From assembly GCA_013265495.1 (NCBI GenBank), contig MU058038.1, positions 28,514 through 92,513 on the forward strand: a stretch of DNA of 64,000 bases, read 5' to 3'. The position numbers were made by a program, and so were the translations under genes. This DNA comes from Vicugna vicugna (Eukaryota). The notes beneath the pieces are model-generated. The model made no database searches and had not been told where the DNA came from. It saw nothing but the letters and a program-made list of their open reading frames with translations. Below are positions 35,363 to 48,564 of the stretch, in pieces; within the stretch, counting starts at the first letter, position 1, and each line of letters starts with the position of its first letter.

Positions 35363-35430
35363 GGATGTATTTCCCAGAAAAGGAACATGATAAAAATAGT
35401 TAGAAGAGACAGTTTCCTTCCTCTTTTCTC
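35363..35430 (+). promoter_or_regulatory. FCGR1A promoter: IFN-gamma response region (GAS) and PU.1 site
   Basis: GATGTATTTCCCAGAAAAG with TTCCCAGAA at 35371-35379; TTCCTC core at 35418-35423, as in the known FCGR1 promoter layout. Confidence 0.85.
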
Positions 35431-35515
35431 ATCTTGGCCCCACAGCCCCCCAGGACAAAATCTTCAGTGTCTTGTGTGCTACAGGTCTCACTGCTGCTGT
35501 CAGCTTGGAGATAAC

Positions 35516-35546
35516 ATGTGGCTCTTAATAGCTCTGCTCCTTTGGG
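35516..35546 (+). CDS. FCGR1A: FCGR1A exon 1 (signal peptide)
   Basis: ATGTGGCTCTTAATAGCTCTGCTCCTTTGGG|gtaagt. Confidence 0.92.
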
Positions 35547-38500
35547 GTAAGTTGGGCTTCGAGGTGGGTAGCTAGAGGGGTACAGGCTCTGGCTAAGGGA
35601 ACTCAGGACTTTTTGTCTTGTTTTGGTGTCCTAGACTAGAACTCATGAGTATGGAGACAGTTGTATCTGTGCTCCCATGGCTTATTGGTGCTTATTATAT
35701 CAAAAGAATGGGAAGGGAGACTCCAAGGTAACAGTAAGCCTGGAAGCAGCATGTCACAATATAGCCTCATCAACAACCATCTGTAAGCTGTTCTGTACCA
35801 GTGGTACCTGATTTTGGAAAAGGAGTAGAGAGAAACTCAAGAGGCCTAAGCTGGCTCCTCCAAGGCCACGTTAATTGTCTCCCCAGCTCTCCCGTCCTTG
35901 TCATCTCCCACTGACCAACTGATGCCTCTGTTCTTTGGTCTCTTACAGTTCCAGTTGGTGGGCAAGTGGGTAAGTCATCTCTAACTCAACTTCTCTTTCT
36001 CTGCCACATTCCTGCTTCTGAAGAATGGGTCCCCTTATCCTGAAGAAGTTAGTAAAGAGAGAGGATACAAAGGAGAAAGATGTATAAGTTATGTAAAATT
36101 CTCTATATTCAGAGTATGATTTTTATCAAATCCTGGTTTTTAAGGTTTCTCTCTAAGATTTTCTGAATGAGCTCTGACCTCCTGGTTAAATGCCTAAATA
36201 AATGTATGTGTAATAACAAAGTGCCCAAAATTGCAAAACCATGGAAGTAGCTCTGCTGGGTTTTCCAACATCCCCCACACCAGTCTCCCTTAGAAGAAAA
36301 CTGAGTATATTTTTTTCCTTCCCAGAGAGAACCAAGCAGTACTGAAGGCTTCAGAGTATGGAGTTTGATGCTAATAAGGCCTGAGATTAACCCTTAGAGA
36401 CAGTATACTACAGAGGATAAGAGAATCTGCTCTAGTCAGTTTGCCCTCGTTTAAAACCCTGCTTCCTGCTTACCAACAAGGAGACCTAAACTAGTCATTT
36501 ATTTCTGAGGACCCCAAAATCTCCAACAGCTAGAAGCAGATTTAATAACAGGAACAGGACTCTGCAGCAGGGCCTGGGCACTCTTCATGGCTAGCTTTTG
36601 TACTTTTCCACTTGCCTATTTTCAGTCTAATCTAAACACTATACCTTTTCCCCTTGTGCTAGCCACAAACCTTGCCAATTGCTCAGATTTTTCTTTTACT
36701 CCACTTGGTCTTTGCTTTTTAATCCCAAAGCAGATCCCACAAAGGCAGTGATCACACTGCAACCTCCATGGGTCAGTATGTTCGAAGAAGAGGATGTAAC
36801 CTTATGGTGTGAGGGACCCCGTCTGTCTGGGGACAGCTCTACACAGTGGTTTCTCAACGGCACAGCCATTGAGACCTTGGCCTCTAGATACAGAATTGCT
36901 GCTGCCAGTGTCAATGACAGTGGTGAATACAGGTGCCAGACAGGTCTGTCAGTGCCAAGTGACCCTGTACAGCTGGAAATCCACAAAGGTAAGTGTAGCA
37001 TGGAAAAGGAGGACTGGAAATCACAAGGTCTTCCTTTGTGTTTCCTCCTTTCTAGATGCCTGATATGTGTGTGTGTGTGTGTGTGTGTGTTTCCATTTAC
37101 CTGAGTATTAGTCTCAGTTCTATGTGTCTACCAGGTACAATAAAGATACTTAAAACATCACATTAAGGTCTTACGTTGTGCCCCCAAAACACCCCAACTA
37201 GGGCAGCTGTGAATAGGGTATCTAGATTCAAACTTAGACCCTAAAATTTTATTATTCAAAATCATCTAGTTTTGGTGAAAAAAAGTAATGCCTGCCCATA
37301 GTAAATAATAATAATTCAGAGAAGTGAACAATGAAGTCTCTCTCCTACCCCAAACCCCAAGTCCTGTAGTCACCTTCCACAGAAACAAAACCATTAATGT
37401 ATAAAAACTTTTTTAAGTGTTTGGTTGAATACTCTATATACTGCCTTAACACCGTACTTTTATTACTTAAAATACTTTGGAGGTCTGTTTATATCAATAG
37501 AGACCAACCCCTAACTTTCTTACGTCTGCTGCGCTATGCAGCTGTGCTGTAACTGGTTTAGCCATTCTATTAGTAAACTTCTAGTGTGTTTCCATTCTTT
37601 TGCTTTTACAATCAATGCTGTAGTAAACATCTTTATACACATAGTCTAGGGGGACATTTCATAGTATATCTGCAATATAATATTCTAGACATGGAAATAC
37701 TGTGAGACTTTTAAGTATTTTAAACTTTGATGAATAGAAGCAAAGGAAAACATCACTCCCCACTTAAATGTGTAAGAAGTTTCTGTTTATCAAGAGATGA
37801 AGACTGCAGGACTCCTTAGGGCAAAATGTCTCATTATTCAGGACAAATAATTGAATTCAGTAGTTTAGTTATTCAAAAGCAATAGGGATTAAAACTTCTT
37901 TGTAATTGATTAATCAAAAGTTAATCCATCCCGGAGGCAGAAGCAGATTTATGTGGACTAGGTTGCTGTTAGGGAAAATGTGTTTTAATCAAGGATATGT
38001 TGAGAGTGTTGGAGGAAGAAATGCTGGGTGCTCCTCATATGTCTCTCAAGCCTCTGAGAATCAGTTCCTAGGCCCGAGAGGCGAGGGGGGCAGACACCTG
38101 TTTCAAGAGACCATGTAGCTCAAGGAGCAGCAGAAGTGTTTGGTGGTCCCGGCAACAAAGCGTGAGCCCGGCCTGCGAGGGGCCGCCTGCCTCACCGCTG
38201 CGCAGACGCTGGCGCCCCGAGCACCGGTGGCCTACTGAGAGTAGTGTCTTACTTTTTTTTACATTATATTATATTTTACATGATGCACCTTTTCAAATTA
38301 TATTTTAATGTGAACTTCTACGGGAGTGTAACATACAAGAAAACTGCGTACGGCCCAGTGAATTTTCACTAAGTAAACAGCACCCGTGTCAAGAAGCAGA
38401 ACGTTCCCAGAATCACAGAAACTCCCCTTGCTCACCTCTCGTCCCCGCCCCCAGCACCGACTGCTAACACCACGGGTTTTCACCTGGTTTTTAACTTCAT

Positions 38501-41500
38501 ATAAACGGACGCAATACGACATGGCATGTGCTCTGTGTCCCGCTGCTTTTTCTCATGTTGACTGTGAGACTTGCACATGTTGTCAAGTTGCAGTTCCCTG
38601 GTTCTCATTACTGTATAGTATTCCATGTTTGCTCACTCTGTTGATGGAATCTGGGGTTGTTTCCAGTGTGGGCCTCTGACAAATATACTTCTGTGGCCAT
38701 TTTTGTACATGCCTTTCGGTGCACATGTGACTTGGAATATATATAGGCGTGGAATTACTGGGTCACAAAATATGCATATATTCAGCTTTAGTTTTCCAAA
38801 GCGGTTATACCGCATTACACTCCCCCCAGCAGAGTGTGATAGTCCTGGAAGCTCCTTGTCCTTATTAACACTAGGTGTTTTCTGTATTTTTCATTTTAGT
38901 CATTCTGGTGCACATGCAGTAGCATCACATTGTGGTTTGAATTTGCATTTCCCTGATGACCAGTGATACTGAGCACTTTTCATATGTTTATTACCTATTT
39001 GAACATCCTCTTTTGTAAAGTACCTGTCTAGGTGTTTTGCCAATTTTTAAAATTGTTGTCCACCTTTTCCTTATGGACTTGTAGGAGCTCTTGATATGTT
39101 CTGGATATAAGGCCTTTTTTAAGTGTTGTAATTATCTTCCACTCTGGACTTGTCTTTTTGCTATCTCATTGTTGTTTTCTTTTTTTCAATGAACAAAAGT
39201 TCTTAATTTTACTACAGTGCAATACATGAAGGTTTTTGGTTTGTGCTTTCTGTGTCCCATTTTAAAAAGTTTTGGCCCAGTTGGTCAGCAGTGGAGGATC
39301 TAACTACAGTTACACTAGCTCTCAGTCACTTCAGTTAAATCTGTGTGTGCTGAAACCAGGAAAAGACAACTGGTTCATGGATCCGAGTCCTAATCATGTG
39401 ACTTACAATGAGTCCCCATCCTACTTCAAAGTGAAGATGAGAATAGGTTTTAAGTATGAAATTAATGATGTCTGCTAAAAGCTGCAGCCCGCAAGTTTTG
39501 AAATGTAATAACCCCATTATTATTTAAGACTAAATATTTTTAATTTCCATTATAATTGGTTTCTTTCTTTTACTCTTGAATATTTAGAAGTGTTTTTAGA
39601 GGGTGGCTTTTTGTTACTTCTAATTTTGTGGCATTTTGATCAGAATTTGTGTTAAATACATCGGTTCCTTGATATTTGTTGAAAATTGCTTTGTGGCCTA
39701 GTTCATGCTCATTTTTTTTGTATATGCATTTGGAAAATTTTATTTTCCTAAGGTACAGCATTCTACAGAAATCCGTGAAATTAGGCCTATTAATACTGTC
39801 ATTCAAATATTTTATATCATTACCAGTATTCTTGACAGTTTCTGATGGAAGTATTAAAATTTCCCACTATATTTGTGACTTTATAAAGCAAAAGGGTCTG
39901 TGTGTTGGGGCAGTGCAGTCTGCGAGCACCTTTTGGTTAGGAGCAGGAATAAATGAAGGAAGAGTATTCATTCTGTTTAGAAGAACTATGGCGGCACCAA
40001 GACTGTGAGAACCATGCTATATTCAACGCTGGATGCCTGCCTTCCACTCTTAGATGAGTTCTGGATGGGCAAAAAGCACTATATCTCTTCTCTTTGGTCC
40101 TTTAAGAACCTCACCTTCATTTAGTCAAAACAAAACAAAACAAAAAAATAAAGGAGACCTCTTGAGGGTATGTGCCGAGGTGTACATCAAAAGGGAGGGC
40201 CCATCTGACTTGTAGCTTGTTTTCACCAACTCTATCACTGATTGCACATATGTGAGTATTCCTGTCAATTTAGGTCCATTTATATTTCTGGATATGTTTG
40301 CCGTTATGTGTATTTGTCTTAGTATGTGTGATCCTATTAACAAATTATTCAGCAGTTAGAGTGTATTAGTTTTCTATTGCTGCGTAACAAATTACCACAA
40401 ATTTAGCAGCTTAAAACAACATACATTTATTATCTTCCCATGGGTCAGAAGTCTTGGCTCAGCTTAGCTGGGTGCTGTGCTGAGGGTAGTCAGGGTGCTG
40501 ACTGGGCTGTGCTGCTTCCTGCAGCTCTTCCAAGCCCCCATGGTCACTGGAAGAATTCAGCTCCTCATGGTTGTAGGACTGAGGTCCCGACTTTTTGCTG
40601 GCTGGAGGTCAGCCTCAGTCCCTGGAGACCCCTCCCATGTGGCCCTCACACAGGCCCTCTCGCAACATGTCAGCTCACTTCTTTAAGGGCAGCAGGAGTC
40701 TCTCTCAGTCCAGTCAGCTTAGTCTCATATAGTGTAACATCATTATGGGAGTGAAACCCATAACCTTCATCATATTCTGTTAGCTAGAAGCAAGTCATAG
40801 GTTCCAGCCATGCTCATGGGGATTATACAAGCATGTGGCTCATTGGAGGCGTCTTAGAATGCTGCCTATCACATGCAGGGAGCTGTTTTTGTCCCTACCA
40901 ACTTCTGAGATCTGGAAAGGGAAGATAAGAAAGGGCCATGTACATGGTTGCTGGTAAAGATTACTTTTCTTCCCAGAAAAACTAAAGATATTTGAGGAAT
41001 GGGAGAGAGGCCTCAAATTCAGCAGAGCTCTGAGGTTTGAATGTTGCAGAGAAAAAAGATTTTTAAAAGCCCCAACGGCCCAGCTTGGCCTCTTTATTCC
41101 TCTGCCATTGTATAAACACATTTTTGGGTCCACATTTTCCAGATTGGCTACTACTCCAGGTGTCTAGCAGAATCTTCACCGAGGGGGAACCTCTGGCCTT
41201 GAGGTGTCATGGATGGAAGAATAAGCTGGTGTACAACGTACTTTTCTACCAAGACGGCAAAGCCTTTAAGTTTTCTCCTCGAGATTCTAAATTCACCATT
41301 CTGAAAACCAACCTGAGTCACAGTGGCATCTATCACTGCTCAGGCATGGGAAGGCATCGCTTCGTATCAGCAGGAGTATCTATCACTGTAAAAGGTATCG
41401 TATCTGAATAGTCGTAGAGCTGTCATTTTAAGGACCAGAGGAAAACATCATGAATTACCAGTTCAATTTGCAGGTGAAGAAACTGAGCTCCAGAGAGGTA

Positions 41501-43817
41501 AACTGCCTTATTGAAGGCCACACAGTGACCAGTGGCTAGCTGGGATCAGAACTGAGGTCTTCTGGGTCCCCACCCACCCCATCCATTGCTTTTTCCCCAT
41601 CAGCAATTCCAGGAGCTAATGTCAAGGCCAGGCCATAGTGAGGATCCATTTCATCACTTTTATTTTAGTTGCAGGGAATAGAGACTCACTCAAGATAAGG
41701 AGGAGAGTTATTAGAAAATGACTCAATGCGGGGTGGGGAAGGTATAGCTCAAGCAATAGAGCGCGTGCTTAGCATGCACAAGGTCCTGGGTTCAATCCCC
41801 AGTACCTCCTCTAAAAATAGACAAAACCTAATTACCTGCCCCCCATGGCCAAAAAAAAAAAAACACCCCAAAAAACAGAAACAGAAACAAAAGACAAGAA
41901 AATGACTCAGTGGAATCTCATAAAAGCTCCCCAGCCAGGAAGACAGCAGGATGTGGTTATACTTTCCGTCTGGCTCTCAGGGGCCACGTGGCCTCTGGTC
42001 CTACTTCTCTCTGAACCTCTGCTAACTAAGCAGCTTCTTCTGTTCAGTTTGTGTGTAGCTGTTGTGATTCTTTCATGGCCTTTTATCTTAGTGCTCATAA
42101 CCGTTAGCAACTTTTTTCTGTCTGAAAAATAGTTCATTCCTATGGGAAAGAAATTATTGTCCCAGATTATCTTTTGAGGCAGAAACACAAGTGATGAGTC
42201 ACTGAACTGGCTAGTGTGTAAGTCAGTGTCCACTCCTGGTCAACCATTACAAAAGGGCAAGTTCGTTTAGTAAATAGCATGGCTGTTCAGGGAAGCACGG
42301 GCTGTGTACAGGTGCTCTCCCCAGTAGGTGTGGGCAAGCTGGCAACCGTAAGTATGTTTATGAAAAAACCCCAAGAACGGCTCTGCTGGAAGTGGGGAAA
42401 ATTATGTTGTACAGATGCATTCTCTAGGGGCAGATTCCCCAAAGGAGGTGGGGGTATATCTCGTGTTTAAATACAAAGAAACCTTGACACTGAAGCAGGC
42501 AACCCTATCCGCACCCACTTTTCCTTCAGAGCTATTTACAGAGCCAGTGCTGAGAGCGTCCTTGCCACTCCCCCTCCTCGAGGGGAATATGGTCAACCTG
42601 AGCTGTGAAACAGAGTTGCTCCTGCGGAGGCCTGGTCTGCGGCTTTACTTCTCCTTCCACGTGGGCAGCAGGACCCTGAGGAGCAGGAACACATCCTCTG
42701 AATACCAGATACTTACTGCTGAAAGAGGAGATTCCGGGTTGCACTGGTGTGAGGCTGCCACAGAAGATGGCAGTGTCGTCAAGCGCAGCCCTGAGTTGAA
42801 GCTTCAGGTGGTCGGTGAGTGAGGAACATGGGAACTGCCCGGCACACGAGGGGGTGCTCCCTTTTCTCCTGTGGGGCTGAGGTCTGTCCAGGGGGGTTCA
42901 TGGCCCAGCCGGGGAAACGCCTGAACAGGCCTCTCCACTCTTGACTGGAAACTTCACACTCTCCTCGTAAACTTCCTTAACTTGCCTTCCCTTTCTTTTT
43001 CTTTCCTTCTTCCACTTATTTCCTTCCCTTTGTCCCTCCTTCCTTCTTTCCTTTTCTTCATTTTCTCCCCCTCCCCCCCCCACCAATAACTTAATCAACA
43101 ACATACTGAGTTCTCCTCTCTACTGTTACAGAAATGGGGTATAAAGACACTGGGGGCGGCTTTTACTTCAAGGGGCTCAACGTGGTAGGCTGGCGAGATA
43201 GGGGTTGGGGGACTGCACGTAAATACCTGCCCAAGTGTCTATACATGGCTGAGGTGGAGGGACCATGAGCTGCAGAACAAAGACTCTTGGGAGAAAGAAA
43301 GTTCATCTTCAACCTAAATTCATTCTAAGCATTAAATGGCATAGAAATAGCAGTTCTCTGTGAAACTAGAAAGCAAGTCCACTGGCAAGACCCTGGCAGT
43401 TAAGCTCTTATGAGGAGCCTGCCCCGTGCCCATCCACTGCAGGGCCCACTGGAGCTCCCTCCAGCCCCTGAAATCCCCGGTGCCTCCACTGGGTACAGAC
43501 ACAGCAGGTCTCAGCCAGCCTTCTCTTCCAAACATAACTCCGTCAGGTCCCTCTGATTTCTACACAGCGTTTCTTCTCTGCCATTTTCCTTTACAGGCCC
43601 CCAGTTGCCAGCTCCTGTCTGGTTTCATGTCCTTTTCTATCTGACAGTAGGAGTAATATTTTTGGTGGACACTGCCTTCTGTATGATGATACATAAGGAA
43701 CTACAAAGAAAGAAAAAGTGGAATTTAGAAATCTCTTTGGACTCTGGTCATGAGAAGAAGCTAACTTCCTACCTTCAAAAAGATAGTCATTTAGAAGAGC
43801 TGAAATGTCAGGACTGA
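35516..43817 (+). CDS. FCGR1A: High-affinity IgG Fc receptor I (CD64), 6 exons, 354 aa: 35516-35546, 35949-35969, 36734-36988, 41143-41394, 42530-42814, 43597-43817
   Basis: All introns GT-AG, phase 1; exon sizes 31/21/255/252/285/221; signal peptide [15 protein letters not shown], three Ig domains, [26 protein letters not shown] at 43989-43994. Confidence 0.96.
35943..36039 (-). CDS. Putative second exon of a spliced H2BC18 isoform, antisense to FCGR1A exon 2
   Basis: Acceptor tctctttactaacttcttcag with TACTAAC; joined to H2B AA| it gives K-IRGPILQK..., resembling the remembered human isoform tail KLIGPILWK; TAA at 35945-35943. Confidence 0.55.
35949..35969 (+). CDS. FCGR1A: FCGR1A exon 2 (21-nt micro-exon)
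   Basis: ttacag|TTCCAGTTGGTGGGCAAGTGG|gtaagt. Confidence 0.92.
36734..36988 (+). CDS. FCGR1A: FCGR1A exon 3 (Ig domain 1)
   Basis: [28 protein letters not shown]. Confidence 0.95.
38280..39270 (-). mobile_element. Old L1M 3' fragment in FCGR1A intron 3
   Basis: ggaattactgggtca..tgtggtttgaatttgcatttccctgatgac.. typical antisense L1 text. Confidence 0.75.
40362..40870 (-). mobile_element. MaLR LTR (MLT1-like)
   Basis: tgtattagttttctattgctgcgtaacaaattaccacaaatttagcagcttaaaacaac...tgcctatcaca. Confidence 0.8.
41143..41394 (+). CDS. FCGR1A: FCGR1A exon 4 (Ig domain 2)
   Basis: [52 protein letters not shown]. Confidence 0.95.
41729..41896 (+). mobile_element. tRNA-derived SINE (Vic-1-like) with target-site duplication
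   Basis: TAGCTCAA..GGTTCAATCCCC, A-rich tail; TSD AGAAAATGACTCA(A/G)TG at 41713-41728 and 41897-41912. Confidence 0.85.
42530..42814 (+). CDS. FCGR1A: FCGR1A exon 5 (Ig domain 3)
   Basis: [42 protein letters not shown]. Confidence 0.95.
43597..43817 (+). CDS. FCGR1A: FCGR1A exon 6 (TM and cytoplasmic tail)
   Basis: [45 protein letters not shown]. Confidence 0.93.
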
Positions 43818-46800
43818 GAAGAGCAGCAGCAAGAAAGGACGCACCAGGAGACCCTCCGGGAGGAGGGCGGCGGCTCAGCATCCACAGACGTGACAGCCGC
43901 ACACCTTCCTCTCTGTGTTAGTGCCGGGCACTGACACCCAGAAGTTGAAAGATACTAGAACTGTGAATCCCATGACATCTGACTCTTAAATAAAGCAAGT
44001 AAATGAGGTGACTTCAGTGGAAGCAAACTTGGACATTTGGTAATCAGGGATGATTTGAAGTGAGACCTACTCTAAAGAAATCTTTAGAAACTTGGAAGTC
44101 GAGTCGAGCCTGATTATCCTATTAGGGTAGTCTGAGCAGTAATTTCTTTCTGGGGACAGGGTGAAAAGGTAAGTGCGTGCATAGGTAAGAGATTAATGCA
44201 GAGAGAGACAATGAGAGGACGGTGTGGACAGAGAGAGGTGGGGGGCCAGAATATGAGGAAGACGAGGGAATCATATAGACCAAGAAGAAGGAAACAGAAT
44301 CTACAGGTGACTCTGAGCGACTGTGAGAACTAGAGCGCTCGCACCTCCCGGTGCTCAGGATGGTGACTTCAAAGCTCTTCCCTTTTCCGTCCATACATCT
44401 TACAGAGATGCAGCGAGTAGCTCATGATGAGAAATGGATGTGTTGTTTTTGCCTTTTCATTTGAAGTTTTCTCATAACCTCTCTGTGTCCAGAGACACTA
44501 GGAGTCCTGCGTGTCTGACCCGGTCCCCCTCCCTGTAGGAAGAGGGAGTGTAGCTGCTGCTTTGCTGAATAAAGTAAACCCGGCTCTCCAAGCACTGCAC
44601 TGCATGGGGAGACTGCAAGTGGGGAGAGGCCATGCTGCCCCAAGGCCGCAGCTCCTGCTTCCAGAGGGCCACGTCACCCTTCTGACTTCCTAGATGATTC
44701 AGGATACACTACTCTCCCACTTGGGCTCCAGTTTGGAGACAAAATATTTTCCTGCTACTTCATAGCACAGCTGAGAAAAAAAATGAAATACGTGGATAAG
44801 ACTTTGCTAAAGCTTGGGGGAAAAAACCCAGAAATGGTACAAACAAACCTAGCAACATAATGCTAAATTATCTGATTGAAAAAAAATGTAGCTTATCTGC
44901 CCAAGAAGGATGCATCCCCGCCTGGCCTTTGTCCTGGTTCTATATGGCAGGACTCACCTGTGACAGCCACCATCTAGACACGCCCTCAAGCAACCTGGGA
45001 CACGAAGTAGACGGGAGGCGCCTCAGCCCACTGCTTTCCTAGTCTGTGGACGGTGAGAATGTTCTTCTCCCCTTCACCTTCAGAAAAAGTTCACTAATTA
45101 TCATCTCATTAGAAGTGTGACAACTCCAACATTTGTATTAAAAGAAATGGTCATGTGTAGTAGGAGCTTTACTGATTGCACGTAATGCTTGGCCTTAGGG
45201 ACTGGGGAGACAGAGAGATGAGAACCACAGGGAATGAGTTCCAAAGGAAAGAGGCCCAAAGACCCTCTGTAGCGGGACTGTCTGTTGATGATTCTAGCCC
45301 AAGGACCTGGGAACTGAAGCAGGAAGTGACAGGCACACTCAGAGGAGAGAGCTCTATTGTACCCTCACTGGGTGGCAAGGATTTTAAGGAAAGGGCTCCC
45401 TGGAGACAGAAGGTTGGGGGCAGAAACGGACACAGACAGCACTGTGACCCGGGAAGAGGCGAGGAGCCGGAGCGGGGCCAGTCATTGCTAAAGCAGCAAG
45501 AAGTGCTTCCTCCTTCCCCGCGCTCTGCGCTTCCTCTCCACATCCTTCCACACTTGTGTCTTCACCACAGTGTTTTCTCATACGTACTTTAATAATTACT
45601 TTCTTGATTGAACGATTTGCACCTCAGTCTGCCCTTATTTTTGGTGTATAAGCTGTGCAGAAAAAGGTTCTTGGTCCCCCCCAGACTGTGGCCTACCTGC
45701 ATGTTCCCAAGCCTTGGTGCTGGGTCTGGTCAAGGCCTGGTACCACCTCCTACTTTCTCCAGGTGGGTGTCCAGCCCTCCAGTTTCCCTCGGTGGTTGAG
45801 TGCCCTCTCCCTGGCACTTAACCTTATCTGTCTAAGAGCTTACTTCTCTTCATTTTTATTCCATCCAGTACTGGAGACACACAGAGAAATCACCGGATCC
45901 TGTTGGGGAGAGAGGCCCAAAGGACCCTAGATCCTGTCTTTGCTAACCATCCTCCACCTTTGGTGAAAGCCTCTGTGTATGGCCAGGGCGTGGGGGTGGT
46001 CAGTGCCACTGGGGACCAGGAAACCATGGGCAGGAGAGTGAAAGGTTCTCTAGGTCTGCTCTAGAGACAAATTAACAGGTGCCCACAGGGAAACTTTACC
46101 CCATGGTCTCATTTTTTGAATCACTAAATCCAGTTTGCTTTAGACGTAAAGACAAATGCACTGATTAATTTGAATCTGCACACCAGCTTTTCAATTTGCA
46201 GGGAGGGCACAGCTGAAAAAAGTCAGAGATGGTTGCTCACTCCAGCCTTTGGAGCAGGACTCTTGGCATTCTAACTGGAAAAGAGCCCTTCTGTTTCTTG
46301 TGGTTTGTGTGCCACCCCTGGTCAGTCCCATGCCCCTCCACATACTCCAGATGCCACCTGCAGGCCGTTCTTCAGAATGCCCGATTCTCGAAGGCTTCTC
46401 TACTGTGTGAACTGGCATCCAGGGAAAGCCACAAGTGCCAAAAAATTAAAGACCCAGAATGGAGCCTCAACCAGGGAGGATGGCAGTTAGCCGGTCAATA
46501 GCCCCACTGTGTACCTCCTCTGGGAGTGGGGTGCGTCTCACACAGTCTCAGAGGGCCCCCTGCGGGATGGAACCCCAGTCCTCACAGTGGCAACCTGCTC
46601 ACCATCGGTGCCTCCTTTACGGACTCTCCTCCCTTCCATGTTTCACTTCTCCACTCCCATCGCTGCGCTTCCTGAGATGACCAAATGCGTATTTGCACCC
46701 GGCCTTGGTTTCAGGATCCTCTTTGAGGGGAACCAACTTGATTGCTGTAACCAGGCCCATGCCGGGGTACCAATGACTGGCATTTAAATCATCTTTTGTC

Positions 46801-48564
46801 TGTTGCTTTCATTTAACTTCAGCTTTTATGCACCAAGCATCAGTCTTGTGTGGTAAAATGAGACAAATGGGTGGCCATCGATAGCTAGTGAATTCCTGCT
46901 CATTCTTTAAATAGCTCTTTCCAACTGTTCTGAGTCTTCCAGGAAGGACGGTGCTCTCCCTCCCCCTCTTTCCAGCACCCCTTTGCTCCGCACTCTCATG
47001 TAACAACCTTTCAAACAGATCTCGTAGCCTACAATACTAGGCACTTTTTTTTTCTGGAGTGGTAGGATCATTTTTTTTAACCTGTTCTTAGTTTTGTTTG
47101 TAATTTTTAAAAATATGTTTATATATGATATATAAAACATTACATATACACTAATTATGTATTTTATATATAACTTATATTTTTTGCATTATATTTTTAA
47201 GGTAAAAATTCCATTTTGGTACAACATCTATCTTGTCAGAATGGGATTAAATAGGTCTTGGGGAGTGAAATCGTAACTAGTTACTGTTTAGTGTTTCACT
47301 CTTCATGTGGGTCAGTTAAGAATCTTCCAAGTTGTGAGCAACAGAAGCGAACTCTGGCTCCTTAAACAAAAAAAGAGAACCCATGGGAGGAATACGGGAG
47401 AGCGTGTAGGACCGAAGGGCAGCCTTCGAAAAGCCAGAAGCAGGAAGCCTCTGAGAAGATCCCAGTGCTATAGAACTACATTCTCTTCTTACTCTGCATT
47501 TACTTCCAGTATCTTTTCAACCTAAGTTACTCCCCCATGAGTTATTTACGTAAACCTAGAACTGCTCCCCACTAAAAGTGTCCTGACATGCAGAGAGAAA
47601 TCAATGAGTAGGTCTTTATCTATATGCTTCCATAAATGTTTCTCCAAAACACTTCCTCAGAAAAAGAACCAAAAAGCAGAACAGCAAATAGCAGCTCAGG
47701 CTGAGTTACCTGGTCTCTTGCTGACTCTCTAAGTGCCTGGGAGGACAGTGGAGGCTGAGGCTCCTCGGGACAGTAGGGGTCTTACCAGAAGGGACAGACA
47801 TGCAGACCAGCAGAAGGCAAACCGGCTCTTGCTGAGAACCCCACAGTCTTCCGTGGTGTGTGCGCCCCCCACTGCAGAGCAATAAACCCAACTTGTTCAA
47901 CCACGGGTGTCTTCCTGGTGATCTCTGGTTGAAGGTGCACTGACAGTAGATTTTAAAAGTTCTAAATCCTGACCAGAATCTGAAGGGAATATAATGAATT
48001 ATGTTTCAGTTTTCATAATCACTTAGCACTTTCATGACCGCCTCCCTGTGATAAGGTTTGGCCTTTTGATCACAGGTGGATTACTTCATGTTCACACGTA
48101 CAACAGCTAAGAGCAGGTGACTGTTACACAGGATTGGTGTGAACTGCTCTTCACTGTTTGGGGTGCAGATACAGTCACATCTCTTATTTCTCCAAATTAA
48201 GGCAAACCAGTTCAAGCCCTTAACATAGGACTAGCAGGAAGTACAGAATCATCCTCGTGGAGCTTCCTCCCTTCCTCTCTCTGGATCTTGAAAGAATCCT
48301 TGGCAATTATGCAGTTCAAAAGAATTTTAAATTCTAGTTTCCATGCGGCAGCAGGGGAGCCCTGGTATCATCTGACAGCCTTGGCTGCCGCCGCTGCTTC
48401 CCCGTGGCCATGCACAGATGCCGCATTCACCCAAGCAGACTAAGACAGGGAGCTAGGAGTCAGTGAGGGAAGGAGATTTTTAACTGTGTTTTTTTTTTGT
48501 ACATTTTGGATTTGGCCATATATTCAAAAATAAAAATAAGTTATTAAAAATAGACTATTTGATG

